Shown: positions 25,816 through 34,960 of the stretch, one piece after another
Position numbering within the stretch: position 1 is the first letter of the stretch
Layout: each line of letters starts with the position of its first letter
DNA from: Candidatus Sulfomarinibacteraceae bacterium
Lineage (GTDB): Bacteria > Acidobacteriota > Thermoanaerobaculia > Thermoanaerobaculales > Sulfomarinibacteraceae
Length of the DNA: 64,000 nt
Assembly (NCBI GenBank): GCA_963796455.1
Contig: CAWCLO010000001.1
Span: forward strand, 640,001-704,000
Direction of reading: 5' to 3'
Notes under the pieces: generated by a model
The model's database searches: none
What the model was told of the DNA's origin: nothing
The model's input: the letters and a program-made list of their open reading frames with translations, nothing else
Made by a program: the position numbers and the translations under genes

Positions 25816-28113
25816 ATGAACGTCCAGATCGAACAATTCTCCTACGACGACGCCATCGTCCGAAAATTCACTCTGATGACCCTTGTCTGGGGTGTGGTCG
25901 GGATGCTGGTGGGTGTCATCGTCGCACTCCAGTTGGCGGCACCGGTCTTCAACTTCGAATTTTCGCTCATCTCCTTCGGTCGGCTCCGTCCGCTGCACAC
26001 CAATGCGGTGATCTTTGCCTTCGCGGGCAATGCCGTCTTTGCCGGGGTCTACTATTCGATGCAGCGGTTGCTCAAAACACCGATGTTTTCGAAGGCGCTG
26101 AGTGCCGTCCACTTCTGGGGCTGGCAGCTGATCATCGTTGCAGCGGCGGTGACCTTGCCGCTCGGCATCACCCAGGGCAAGGAATACGCCGAACTCCAGT
26201 GGCCGATCGACATCGCCATCGCGGTGGTGTGGTTGACCTTCGCATTCAACGTTTTCGGGACGATCGCCAAACGCCGAGAACGCCACATCTACGTTGCCAT
26301 CTGGTTCTACATCGCCACCGTCGTGACCATCACCCTGCTCCACGTATTCAACAACCTCGTGGTTCCGGCCGGTCTCTGGCGCAGCTATCCGATCTACGCC
26401 GGTGTGCAGGACGCCTTCATGCAGTGGTGGTACGGACACAATGCCGTCGGATTCCTGCTCACCACGCCTTTCCTCGGGATGATGTACTACTTCCTGCCAA
26501 AGGCGGCCAACCGCCCGGTCTTCTCCTACCGTTTGTCGATCATCCATTTCTGGTCGCTGGTCTTTCTCTACATCTGGGCCGGTCCCCACCACCTCCACTA
26601 CACCGCGTTGCCGGCCTGGGCCTCGACACTCGGCATGCTCTTCTCCGTCATGCTGTGGATGCCGTCCTGGGGAGGCATGCTCAACGGTCTGCTGACCCTC
26701 CGAGGCGCTTGGGACAAGGTCGCCTCGGACACGGTCCTGAAGTTCTTCGTGGTGGCCATCACCTTCTATGGCATGTCCACTTTCGAGGGCCCTCTGCTGT
26801 CGGTCAAAATCGTCAATCTGCTTTCCCACTACACCGACTGGACCATCGCCCACGTCCACGCAGGCGCCCTCGGTTGGGTCGGGTTCCTGATCTTCGGGAT
26901 GATCTATTGGTTGCTGCCGAGACTTTTCCAGACCGAGCTGTGGAGCCGCAAACTGGCCGAAATCCACTTCTGGCTCGGCACAATCGGCATCCTGCTCTAT
27001 ATCGTCGCCATCTACGCAGCCGGTTTGACCCAGGGACTGATGTGGCTGGCCTTCGACGACGAGGGCTACCTCAAGTATGGCGATTTCGTGGAAACCACCC
27101 TGCGCCTCATTCCCATGTACTGGGTCCGGGTCATCGGCGGCGTCGCCTATCTCGGCGGCGCGCTCCTGATGGGTGTCAATTTCTTCATGACCTGGCGCAG
27201 TCGTCCCTCCGTCTACGAGGTGCCGGTGCACGAGGCACCCGCCCTGTCCAAAACCTATGTCGATCATCCCGAACCGGAGACCGAGCTCCAGAAAAGCGGC
27301 GCCCACGTCGTCAACGTGGCCTACAAAATCGATCGCTTCTTTTCGACGAGTTGGCACCGCAAGTGGGAGCGGCTGCCGGTCAAATTCACTCTGGCGGTCC
27401 TGATCGCTGTCGTCGTGGCCTCGCTCTTCGAGATCATCCCGACCTTCTTGATCAAATCCAATGTCCCAACCATCGCCACCGTGACGCCTTATACCCCCCT
27501 CGAGCTGGCGGGTCGCGATCTCTACCTCGCGGAGGGCTGTTACAACTGCCATTCGCAGATGATCCGACCGATCCGCGCCGAGACCGAGCGCTACGGCGAA
27601 TACTCCAAACCCGGCGAGTTCGTGTGGGACCACCCCTTCCAATGGGGCTCGCGCCGCATCGGTCCGGATCTCCAGCGCATCGGCGGTAAATACCCGGATC
27701 TGTGGCACGTCCGGCACATGGACGACCCACGCGCGATCACCGCCGGTTCGATCATGCCCGCCTACCCGTGGATGCTGACCAAGGACCTGGATTTCGAGGC
27801 GATTCAAAAAATAGTGCGCGCCCACCAGATCCTCGGCGTGCCCTACGCCGATGAAGAGGTCGCCGGCAGTATCGCGGCAGCGCGGGAACAGGCAGCTGCC
27901 ATCGCCGAAGAAATCGTGGTTCAGGGCGGACCCGACGGGCTCGCCGAAAAACAGATCGTGGCCCTGATCGCCTATCTGCAGCGGATGGGAACCGACATCA
28001 CCAAGCCGGAACCCGTCGCGGTCGAGGAAGAGATGGGGCCTGCCGATCCTCCGGTCGAGGAGGAGGAAGTCGCTGACGCCGAAGCAACCGCGGCTGATGA
28101 GGAGGCTTCATGA
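25816..28113 (+). CDS. ccoNO: cbb3-type cytochrome c oxidase, fused subunits I+II
   Basis: FGRLRPLHTN, QWWYGHN, GPHHLHY, IAHVH, then EGCYNCHSQMIRP and WGSRRIGPDL. Confidence 0.97.
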   Translation: MNVQIEQFSYDDAIVRKFTLMTLVWGVVGMLVGVIVALQLAAPVFNFEFSLISFGRLRPLHTNAVIFAFAGNAVFAGVYYSMQRLLKTPMFSKALSAVHFWGWQLIIVAAAVTLPLGITQGKEYAELQWPIDIAIAVVWLTFAFNVFGTIAKRRERHIYVAIWFYIATVVTITLLHVFNNLVVPAGLWRSYPIYAGVQDAFMQWWYGHNAVGFLLTTPFLGMMYYFLPKAANRPVFSYRLSIIHFWSLVFLYIWAGPHHLHYTALPAWASTLGMLFSVMLWMPSWGGMLNGLLTLRGAWDKVASDTVLKFFVVAITFYGMSTFEGPLLSVKIVNLLSHYTDWTIAHVHAGALGWVGFLIFGMIYWLLPRLFQTELWSRKLAEIHFWLGTIGILLYIVAIYAAGLTQGLMWLAFDDEGYLKYGDFVETTLRLIPMYWVRVIGGVAYLGGALLMGVNFFMTWRSRPSVYEVPVHEAPALSKTYVDHPEPETELQKSGAHVVNVAYKIDRFFSTSWHRKWERLPVKFTLAVLIAVVVASLFEIIPTFLIKSNVPTIATVTPYTPLELAGRDLYLAEGCYNCHSQMIRPIRAETERYGEYSKPGEFVWDHPFQWGSRRIGPDLQRIGGKYPDLWHVRHMDDPRAITAGSIMPAYPWMLTKDLDFEAIQKIVRAHQILGVPYADEEVAGSIAAAREQAAAIAEEIVVQGGPDGLAEKQIVALIAYLQRMGTDITKPEPVAVEEEMGPADPPVEEEEVADAEATAADEEAS

Positions 28114-28319
28114 GTCTGACGGACATCATGTCGGCGGCCGGTCTCTCGTCGTGGACCGAGATCGCGCTGATTCTCTGCTTCATCAGCTTTTCGGCAATCG
28201 TGTTCTGGGTCTTCGTCGTGCGACGCAAACCCTCATATGAGCACCTGCGCCATCTGCCGCTCGAGGACAACGGGAACGGCCCATCGCAACCCGCCGCGAA
28301 TGGAGGCAACTCATCGTGA
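28110..28319 (+). CDS. ccoQ: cbb3 oxidase small subunit
   Basis: Single TM then HLPLED; position between ccoO and ccoP. Confidence 0.8.
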   Translation: MSLTDIMSAAGLSSWTEIALILCFISFSAIVFWVFVVRRKPSYEHLRHLPLEDNGNGPSQPAANGGNSS

Positions 28320-29002
28320 CTGACAAACAACCGGATCAGCAGCCGACCGCCCCGGACTCGGACCACCTCCTGGACCACGCCTATGACGGCATTCAGGAGT
28401 ACGACAACCCACTGCCACGGTGGTGGCTGGCCATCTTCTGGGCAACCATCATCTTCACACCGCTTTATGTTCTCTATTTTCACTTCGGCGCCGGCCTGCT
28501 TGCGGTGGACAGCTACGATCAGGAGATGATCGCGTTTTACGACAAACAGGCGGAACAGCTGTTGGCACTGGGTGAAATCTCCGAGACCATGCTCTCCGAT
28601 CTGACCGTCGACCCGAGCATGATGAACGGCGGCAAAAAGATCTTCCAGGCAAAATGTGCCACCTGCCACGGGATGTTTGGCGAAGGCGGCATCGGACCAA
28701 ATCTGACGGACGAATACTGGCTTCACGGAACGCAGTATCTCGAGGTCTATGCAACCGTCCGCGACGGTGTGACCGCCAAAGGCATGTTGGCGTGGGAGCG
28801 CCAACTTCGACCCGCCGAGCTGATGGCGGTGAGCGCCTATGTGGGAACCCTCCTCGGGTCGGATCCTCCGAACGCCAAAGAAGCTCAGGGAAACCTCGTC
28901 GTCCGGCTGCCCGCGTCCGAGATCGATGCCGGGACCGAAGCCGCAGAAGCTGTTGCTGAAGAAGGGGCTGAAGAGGTCGCATCCGAACCGGCCGCATCCT
29001 GA
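28316..29002 (+). CDS. ccoP: cbb3 oxidase subunit III (monoheme form)
   Basis: DHAYDGIQEYDNPLPRWW, CATCH, GPNLTDEYWLHG, GMLAW. Confidence 0.93.
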   Translation: MTDKQPDQQPTAPDSDHLLDHAYDGIQEYDNPLPRWWLAIFWATIIFTPLYVLYFHFGAGLLAVDSYDQEMIAFYDKQAEQLLALGEISETMLSDLTVDPSMMNGGKKIFQAKCATCHGMFGEGGIGPNLTDEYWLHGTQYLEVYATVRDGVTAKGMLAWERQLRPAELMAVSAYVGTLLGSDPPNAKEAQGNLVVRLPASEIDAGTEAAEAVAEEGAEEVASEPAAS

Positions 29003-29012
29003 GGCAAATTTC

Positions 29013-30413
29013 GTGGCCACGACATCAAATGCTCCGGAGGCCCAGGAACGGGTCCTTTCGACCCTCAACCGGGACGGGTCCCGGCGCTGGATCCGGCCCA
29101 AACTCTCCAAGGGGAAACACTATCGCCGGCGTTTGATCACGGGCTGGGCGCTGATCGCGACCTTCACCCTGATCCCGATCATCAAGGTCGGCGGCAAACC
29201 GCTGATTCTGCTCGACGTGCCGAAAAGAGAATTCACCTTCTTTGGTGCGACTTTTCTGCCGACCGACACCTTTTTATTGATGTTGTTGCTGTTTTCGATC
29301 TTTATCGGAATCTTTCTGGTCACCGCCGTCCTCGGCCGGGTGTGGTGCGGATGGGCCTGCCCCCAGACCGTCTACATGGAGTTTCTCTACCGCCCGATCG
29401 AGGTCCTCATCGAGGGCGGCCGCACCAAACAGCTCAAGCTCGACGCCGAAGGCGCCAATGCCCGCCGCCTGCTCAAAAACGTGGTCTTCCTGTTCGTCTC
29501 GGCCTTCCTCGCAAATACCTTCCTCGCCTATTTCGTGAGTTGGGAGCAACTTCTCAGCTGGATGACCGGTTCGCCCACCACACACCCGGTCGCCTTCGCC
29601 TTGATGCTCGGCACCACCCTGTTAATGTTTTTCGATTTTGCCTACTTTCGCGAACAGACTTGTATCGTCGCCTGCCCGTACGGCCGCTTCCAGTCGGTTC
29701 TGCTCGACCGGCAATCGTTGATCGTCGCTTACGACAAGGACCGCGGTGAAGTCCGGCAGAAGTGGCGTAAAAATGAAGAGCGGAAGGCCGGCGACTGCAT
29801 CGACTGCAATTTGTGTGTCAGCACCTGTCCGACCGGAATCGATATCCGTGACGGCCTCCAGATGGAGTGCATCCACTGTACACAATGCATCGATGCCTGC
29901 GACGAGGTCATGAACCGGGTCGGTCTCGAACCCGGTCTGATCCGCTACACCTCACAGGCCGAGCTCGCCAGCGGCAAAAGATCATTTTTCCGCCCGAGGG
30001 TCTTTGTCTACTCAGCCATCCTGCTCGTGATGTTCGGCACCTTCACCGTCTCGCTGGCCGGCAAGAGCAGCGCCGATGTCACGGTTCTGCGCGGTCTCGG
30101 GGCGCCCTTTACGATCCTCCCGGGGGGTGAGGTTTCGAATCAGATTCGGATAAAGATCGCCAACCGATCTCCCGAGGAACGCTCCTATCTCGTCGAACTC
30201 GTCGACGCCGGTGATCTGGTACTGATCGCGCCGGAAAACCCGTTGACCGTCGCTCCAGGAGAAACCGAAATGACCGGCGCATTTATCACCGGCCCGGCAT
30301 CCGTCTTCGCGGGTGGTGATATCGCCATCACTTTGAGAATTGGCGACGGGTCGGATTTTTCGACCGACCGGCCCTACCGACTGCTCGGTCCGGCAACGAC
30401 CGGAGGTGGATGA
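29013..30413 (+). CDS. ccoG: Cytochrome oxidase accessory 4Fe-4S protein
   Basis: CGWACPQT, CPYGRFQ, CIDCNLCVSTCP, CIHCTQCIDAC. Confidence 0.95.
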   Translation: MATTSNAPEAQERVLSTLNRDGSRRWIRPKLSKGKHYRRRLITGWALIATFTLIPIIKVGGKPLILLDVPKREFTFFGATFLPTDTFLLMLLLFSIFIGIFLVTAVLGRVWCGWACPQTVYMEFLYRPIEVLIEGGRTKQLKLDAEGANARRLLKNVVFLFVSAFLANTFLAYFVSWEQLLSWMTGSPTTHPVAFALMLGTTLLMFFDFAYFREQTCIVACPYGRFQSVLLDRQSLIVAYDKDRGEVRQKWRKNEERKAGDCIDCNLCVSTCPTGIDIRDGLQMECIHCTQCIDACDEVMNRVGLEPGLIRYTSQAELASGKRSFFRPRVFVYSAILLVMFGTFTVSLAGKSSADVTVLRGLGAPFTILPGGEVSNQIRIKIANRSPEERSYLVELVDAGDLVLIAPENPLTVAPGETEMTGAFITGPASVFAGGDIAITLRIGDGSDFSTDRPYRLLGPATTGGG

Positions 30414-30910
30414 TGAAGCCCGGTACCCTGTGGCCGTGGATAATCGGTGGGGCCCTCGTCCTGCATGTGGTCGTGATGCTGGGGGTCGTCTTCTTTGCTG
30501 CATCCGATTCGTCCTATGCGGTCGAAGAGGACTACTACCAGAAGGCGATCGATTGGGACCAGAAACGAGCTCAGGATCGCGATAACGAAAATCTCGGCTG
30601 GTTGCTGGAATTCGAGGTCAACCCACCCCAGATTCCCGGCGATCAACCGACCGTCGTGGTCCGCCTCGAGGACGCTCTCGGCGAGCCCTTGGCCGACGCG
30701 ACGGTCGATCTCGAAACATTCCACAATGCACGCAGCGATGACATCATCCGCGTCCGGGTCGATGCCTCCGACGAAGCCGGTCTTTATTCGGTCGCACCCG
30801 CTATGCGCCACAACGGCCTGTGGGAACTCCGCTTTACCGTAACCCTTGGAGAGGACACATTCACCTTCGCTGAAACACGCCACCTTTTTGTCGAAGGAAG
30901 CTGGTTATGA
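30410..30910 (+). CDS. ccoH: FixH/CcoH family protein
   Basis: N-terminal TM, VEEDYYQKA, GLWELR; follows ccoG. Confidence 0.8.
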   Translation: MMKPGTLWPWIIGGALVLHVVVMLGVVFFAASDSSYAVEEDYYQKAIDWDQKRAQDRDNENLGWLLEFEVNPPQIPGDQPTVVVRLEDALGEPLADATVDLETFHNARSDDIIRVRVDASDEAGLYSVAPAMRHNGLWELRFTVTLGEDTFTFAETRHLFVEGSWL

Positions 30911-30914
30911 ATTT

Positions 30915-31013
30915 GGAGTTCGGAGTTCGGAGTTCGGAGTTGCCGCACGTGCTTTTGTGTCGTTTCGGGCGGGTGGGCGCCATTCCGAATTCCGAATTCC
31001 GAATTCCGAACTC
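30915..31013. repeat. Inverted heptamer arrays (GGAGTTC)4 / (ATTCCGA)4
   Basis: Direct reading; complementary with G-U pairs on the + strand. Confidence 0.9.
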
Positions 31014-31031
31014 TGGAAACGGGAACGTTGC

Positions 31032-31787
31032 GTGACGACTCTGTTGTTAACCGTTTTCGTGGCGAGCCTTGTGGGCTCATTGCACTGCATCGGAATGTGC
31101 GGGCCATTCGTAGCTTTTTATTCAGGCGCTGATGGATCAGGCGGTGCAAAACGCCTCCTCAGTCACAGCGCCTACTCGGCCGGAAGACTGCTCACCTACG
31201 CCCTGTTCGGTCTCGCGGCCGGTTCGGTGGGCGCGGCCCTCGATGTCGCCGGATCGCTGGCCGGCGTGCAACGGATTGCAGGTTTTGTCGCCGGCGGGGT
31301 GATGATTCTGTGGGGAGTAGTGGCCTTGCTGCAACTGCGCGGCGTCAAGATTTTTCGACACGGCTCCGGCAACGGCCGGGTTGCCAGGGCACTTCGCCGC
31401 GGGTTTTCAGTGGTGAGCAACAAACCGCCGATCGTGCGCGCCGGGGTCGTCGGTCTTCTATCGGGCTTTCTGCCCTGTGGATGGTTGTGGGCATTCGTCG
31501 TCACCGCTGCCGGCACCGGAAACGCCCTCACAGGGGCCGCCGTAATGACCGCGTTCTGGGCGGGAACCGTGCCCGCGCTCCTCGCGGTGGGCTTTGGCAC
31601 CCAACTCGTGAGCGCCCCGTTACGCCGCCACATTCCCGCCGTCACCGCCATCCTCTTGGTTGGGCTGGGGCTGTTGGCGATCATCGGAAGGCCGGCCTCC
31701 GTCACCGCCGCCATCAACAAACACCAGCACAGCCATGAAGTCCCCGCACCCGAAGACGCCGCCGCTTCCTGCTGTGAAGCCGAATAG
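31032..31787 (+). CDS. DsbD_2 / TauE-like membrane protein of cco clusters
   Basis: HCIGMCGP, GRLLTY, GFLPCG. Confidence 0.88.
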   Translation: MTTLLLTVFVASLVGSLHCIGMCGPFVAFYSGADGSGGAKRLLSHSAYSAGRLLTYALFGLAAGSVGAALDVAGSLAGVQRIAGFVAGGVMILWGVVALLQLRGVKIFRHGSGNGRVARALRRGFSVVSNKPPIVRAGVVGLLSGFLPCGWLWAFVVTAAGTGNALTGAAVMTAFWAGTVPALLAVGFGTQLVSAPLRRHIPAVTAILLVGLGLLAIIGRPASVTAAINKHQHSHEVPAPEDAAASCCEAE

Positions 31788-31841
31788 AATCTCAGGATCC
31801 GAGCACCCATTCAATACGCATGGCGACGTCGGCCGGGTGAG

Positions 31842-31931
31842 AAACGCAAAGACGCCAAGATCGCGAAGTCGCCGCAAGCGTTTCGAACGCCATTATCAAG
31901 ACTTCTTTGCGATCTTTGCGTCTTCGCGGTT
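31842..31931. repeat. Inverted 9-mer arrays (CGCAAAGA-type) between convergent genes
   Basis: 31842-31868 vs reverse complement of 31905-31931: 23/27 identical. Confidence 0.85.
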
Positions 31932-31978
31932 TTTATGCTGTTGAAACTGGTCTAGATTGACCGGCCCGCCAACAACGT

Positions 31979-32404
31979 TCAATCCGCCTGCTCTTGGGTC
32001 ACCATCACCACGGCCTCGCCTTCGAGGACAACCTCGCCGTTCTGGTTGGTGCAGGTGGTTGCCAGGGTGACGATGGGCTTGTCCTCACGGACCTTGACGA
32101 CCTCGACGGTGGAGGTTATTTCGTCTCCCGGAAAAACCGGCGCCTTGAACTTCAGATTCTGTCCGAGATAGACCGTGCCCGGTCCCGGGAGATCGTTGGC
32201 GAGGGTGGCGGAAATGAAACCCGCAGGGATCATCCCATGGGCGATACGTCGCCCGAACCTTGTTTGAGCGGCATAAGCGTCATCGAGGTGGACGGGGTTG
32301 GAATCGCCGGTCACCTCGGAAAACGCACGGATCATTTCGTCGGTGATGGTGGTGCTTCGTGACGCGGATGCACCGGCTTCGAGTCTCGGCATGATGTCCT
32401 CCAT
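31979..32404 (-). CDS. MaoC-like (R)-hydratase
   Basis: GDSNPVHLD, RIAHGM, PGPGTVYLGQNLKFKAPV. Confidence 0.92.
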   Translation of the reverse strand: MEDIMPRLEAGASASRSTTITDEMIRAFSEVTGDSNPVHLDDAYAAQTRFGRRIAHGMIPAGFISATLANDLPGPGTVYLGQNLKFKAPVFPGDEITSTVEVVKVREDKPIVTLATTCTNQNGEVVLEGEAVVMVTQEQAD

Positions 32405-32407
32405 TTC

Positions 32408-33067
32408 CTACTCGTCCTGGTCATCGATTCCTATTCGAGTTGCAGCCAGATCCTTGACGGCAACGACCACATGATCGAGGCGGGCGTCGCCATCACCGGC
32501 TGCGGCGCCGCGATCACCACTCATCACATTGAGTGGGATACCCCCGACAAACACCACCAACATGAAGACGAGCAGATGATTGAGTCGCCGAACCCGGTTC
32601 AAGCGGCGGATGATCTTCTTCGGATCGCGGAATCGGTAAAGCTCCACCTCGATCAGGAGGTTGTCCTCGGGGGCGAAGACGCTCTGCATGGCCGCGATCC
32701 TGCCGTTGCCTTCGAAGGCCAGATAGCAGCCCGGCTTTTCTTCAACGACCTTGATCCACGAGACCGAGGGCAGGTAGCGGGCGAGCACGTCACAGCTCAG
32801 GGTTCCGTTCTCGAGCAACTGTTCCCTGTGCGACTCGAGTATTTCTGAACGCCTCCGGGTCGCCTCGATGGCGTTCTCTCGATCGAGACGGTGGATCTGG
32901 TGGAGGGCAAAAAGAGGCACGCTGATGACCTCTTTGTGGGTCCTGGAACGGTGGATATCGAGGATCGCCTTGGCCATCACGATGTCCTTGAGATCCAGTT
33001 CCTCCAACTCCGACTTCTTTCCCCGGAGATAGCGCACGAGTTTGGTCATTTCGTCGAGCAGATTCAT
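32408..33067 (-). CDS. Hypothetical protein (ParB-like EGNGR motif) with chimeric C-terminus
   Basis: Good codon usage; AFEGNGRIAAM; tail LDHVVVAVKDL resembles a VOC/glyoxalase N-terminus. Confidence 0.6.
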   Translation of the reverse strand: MNLLDEMTKLVRYLRGKKSELEELDLKDIVMAKAILDIHRSRTHKEVISVPLFALHQIHRLDRENAIEATRRRSEILESHREQLLENGTLSCDVLARYLPSVSWIKVVEEKPGCYLAFEGNGRIAAMQSVFAPEDNLLIEVELYRFRDPKKIIRRLNRVRRLNHLLVFMLVVFVGGIPLNVMSGDRGAAAGDGDARLDHVVVAVKDLAATRIGIDDQDE

Positions 33068-33111
33068 GCCGGACCTCGATCAGCTCTTTCGACCATGATC
33101 GGGCTCAAACA

Positions 33112-33606
33112 TCACGCCGCTATTTTCTGCAGCCAAACCATGTCGAAAGATTGACCGTTCTTGATGCCGACGTCGAGGAAACGACCGCATTCGGTGAATC
33201 CATGCTTGAGATGGAAACGGATGCTCCCGGGATTCCCCGAGGAGATGTGAGCCAGAAAGTTGGTGATGCCGAGCGCTTTGCCTTCCCTCAAAAGCTGATC
33301 GAGAAAAAGTGTGCCCAGACCCTGGCCGGTGCACTCGGGATCGAGGAAGTAGGTCAGCGCCGCGCTGTGCCTCATGGTTGCTGCCGGGTGGAACGGACTC
33401 AAGTAGGCAAAACCCACCACCCGGGCCATGGAGTCCTCGGCAACGAAGAACGGATAATCCGGGTTCCCCTCGTGCATTTTTCGAAAAAACGATTCTGCAA
33501 CCGGCTCTTCTGGATAGGCCGCCAGCGACCCGACCACAAAATAATTGAAGATCGTGGTGATCGATCCCCAGTCACTGTCATCCACCGGACGGATCTGAAT
33601 ATCCAT
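33112..33606 (-). CDS. GNAT acetyltransferase (phosphinothricin acetyltransferase-like)
   Basis: TGQGLGT, NPGSIRFHLKHGF..CG....VG.K. Confidence 0.88.
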   Translation of the reverse strand: MDIQIRPVDDSDWGSITTIFNYFVVGSLAAYPEEPVAESFFRKMHEGNPDYPFFVAEDSMARVVGFAYLSPFHPAATMRHSAALTYFLDPECTGQGLGTLFLDQLLREGKALGITNFLAHISSGNPGSIRFHLKHGFTECGRFLDVGIKNGQSFDMVWLQKIAA

Positions 33607-33615
33607 GGGACGATT

Positions 33616-34155
33616 CTACCGCTCCCCGATGATCTCCAGAATCTTGCCGACCGTTCGCCAATTGCGGCCTGTGGCCGGCACGCCCACAACACGTTCGACC
33701 TTTGCCGCGAGCTTGGAACGACCGATTCCGTCCGGGGCATGGAGGTAGGCGGCGGCGTCGACGATCTCGAATCGTTCGCTCTCGGCCTTGAGGCCGGCGA
33801 GCAACTCGGTATCGGGATTCTCCGGTGGCGTGGTCATGAAAAAGACGTGTAACTTCGACGGCTCGGCCGCGGCCTCAGGAAATGGATTGGCTCGCACGAC
33901 GCGATCAAACTGATCCGGACTCAGGATGAGAACTTCCGGTTTGAATCCTTTGTTCTCATGGACGGCGTCGCGAATCAACTCCGAGAGACGGCTCCCGTTC
34001 TGTCGACGATGACCGAACACTGCGTTGCCGCTCTGGATGTAGGTCTTCACATCAACGCACCCAAGGCCCTCGAGCACGGAAACCAGTTCTTTCATCGGCA
34101 CGATATTGGAACCGCCGACGTTGATGCCGCGAAAAAGAGCGATGTAGGTTTTCAA
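33616..34155 (-). CDS. DUF1697 family protein
   Basis: YIALFRGINVGG, VKTYIQSGN, TGRNWRTV; TTG start assumed. Confidence 0.88.
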   Translation of the reverse strand: MKTYIALFRGINVGGSNIVPMKELVSVLEGLGCVDVKTYIQSGNAVFGHRRQNGSRLSELIRDAVHENKGFKPEVLILSPDQFDRVVRANPFPEAAAEPSKLHVFFMTTPPENPDTELLAGLKAESERFEIVDAAAYLHAPDGIGRSKLAAKVERVVGVPATGRNWRTVGKILEIIGER

Positions 34156-34217
34156 CTCGCCACCGCCTGCTCCCTCACCTGCAACACCCTTCTTCGCGCA
34201 GGTCTGCAACGGGATGC

Positions 34218-34436
34218 CTATCTGGAATGCTCCGCCGGGGCAGACCACCTCAACATCAAATAGGCCGCTCCACATCCAGCACCGACGCCGAGAAAGACCG
34301 GCACTGTCAAAGACCCCAGCGCTCCCCCAATGGCAAATCCAGCGGCAACACCGATCGGCACCGTCAAGGTGCTATAGAACATGTACAACTCTCTTTTTTT
34401 CATCTCTGATCTCCAGATTCGCAGCAAGCTCGGCAA
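34218..34436 (-). CDS. Small hypothetical membrane protein
   Basis: Two Gly/Ala-rich hydrophobic segments; same strand as neighbours. Confidence 0.45.
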   Translation of the reverse strand: MPSLLRIWRSEMKKRELYMFYSTLTVPIGVAAGFAIGGALGSLTVPVFLGVGAGCGAAYLMLRWSAPAEHSR

Positions 34437-34490
34437 AAACCTGACGTTCCCTGATACGCGAAAACCAGTCCGGTGTTCTTGCCTGGCTGC

Positions 34491-34865
34491 CTATGCAGGC
34501 GCGTCATCAAGTTCCAACACCATTTTCACATACGAGTCCCATGGCCCACCCATCCCTCGCTCCTGCTCCCAAAACAAAAGACGAACCGGTCGGCCGCAAC
34601 CACGACAATGAAAATCAAATGCCGCCTCGTGATCCCCCATCTTCACCCGATCAAAAAGTTTCTTGACCTCGGCGGAGAATACGGACGGTTTCGGACTGAA
34701 GGCGTTGAGGTCCTGAAACCTCACGAGCGTCTTCCCGGCACATGAAGGACAGTGGTAATAACGTGACGCACCGCGGAAGAAGACGTTGCCGGGACCCTCG
34801 AGACGCCTCCGATAGACGCGGAGGTGAAATCGGTCAAGGGGCCGTATCTTGACGATCGAAGTCAA
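34491..34865 (-). CDS. Hypothetical protein with two CxxC motifs
   Basis: CPSC and CRGC; fills the gap on the same strand. Confidence 0.55.
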   Translation of the reverse strand: MTSIVKIRPLDRFHLRVYRRRLEGPGNVFFRGASRYYHCPSCAGKTLVRFQDLNAFSPKPSVFSAEVKKLFDRVKMGDHEAAFDFHCRGCGRPVRLLFWEQERGMGGPWDSYVKMVLELDDAPA

Positions 34866-34960
34866 TTTTTCAACTCAATTCCAAACCGGTCTCGAGCCAA
34901 ATATTTCATCGGAATCTTGACGATTTTCTCAATTCTTAACGTCTTTCACCAAAAATTCTT

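Noticed and set aside
25816..29002. ccoN-ccoO fusion and monoheme ccoP as novelty
   Set aside because: Both are established variants in several phyla.
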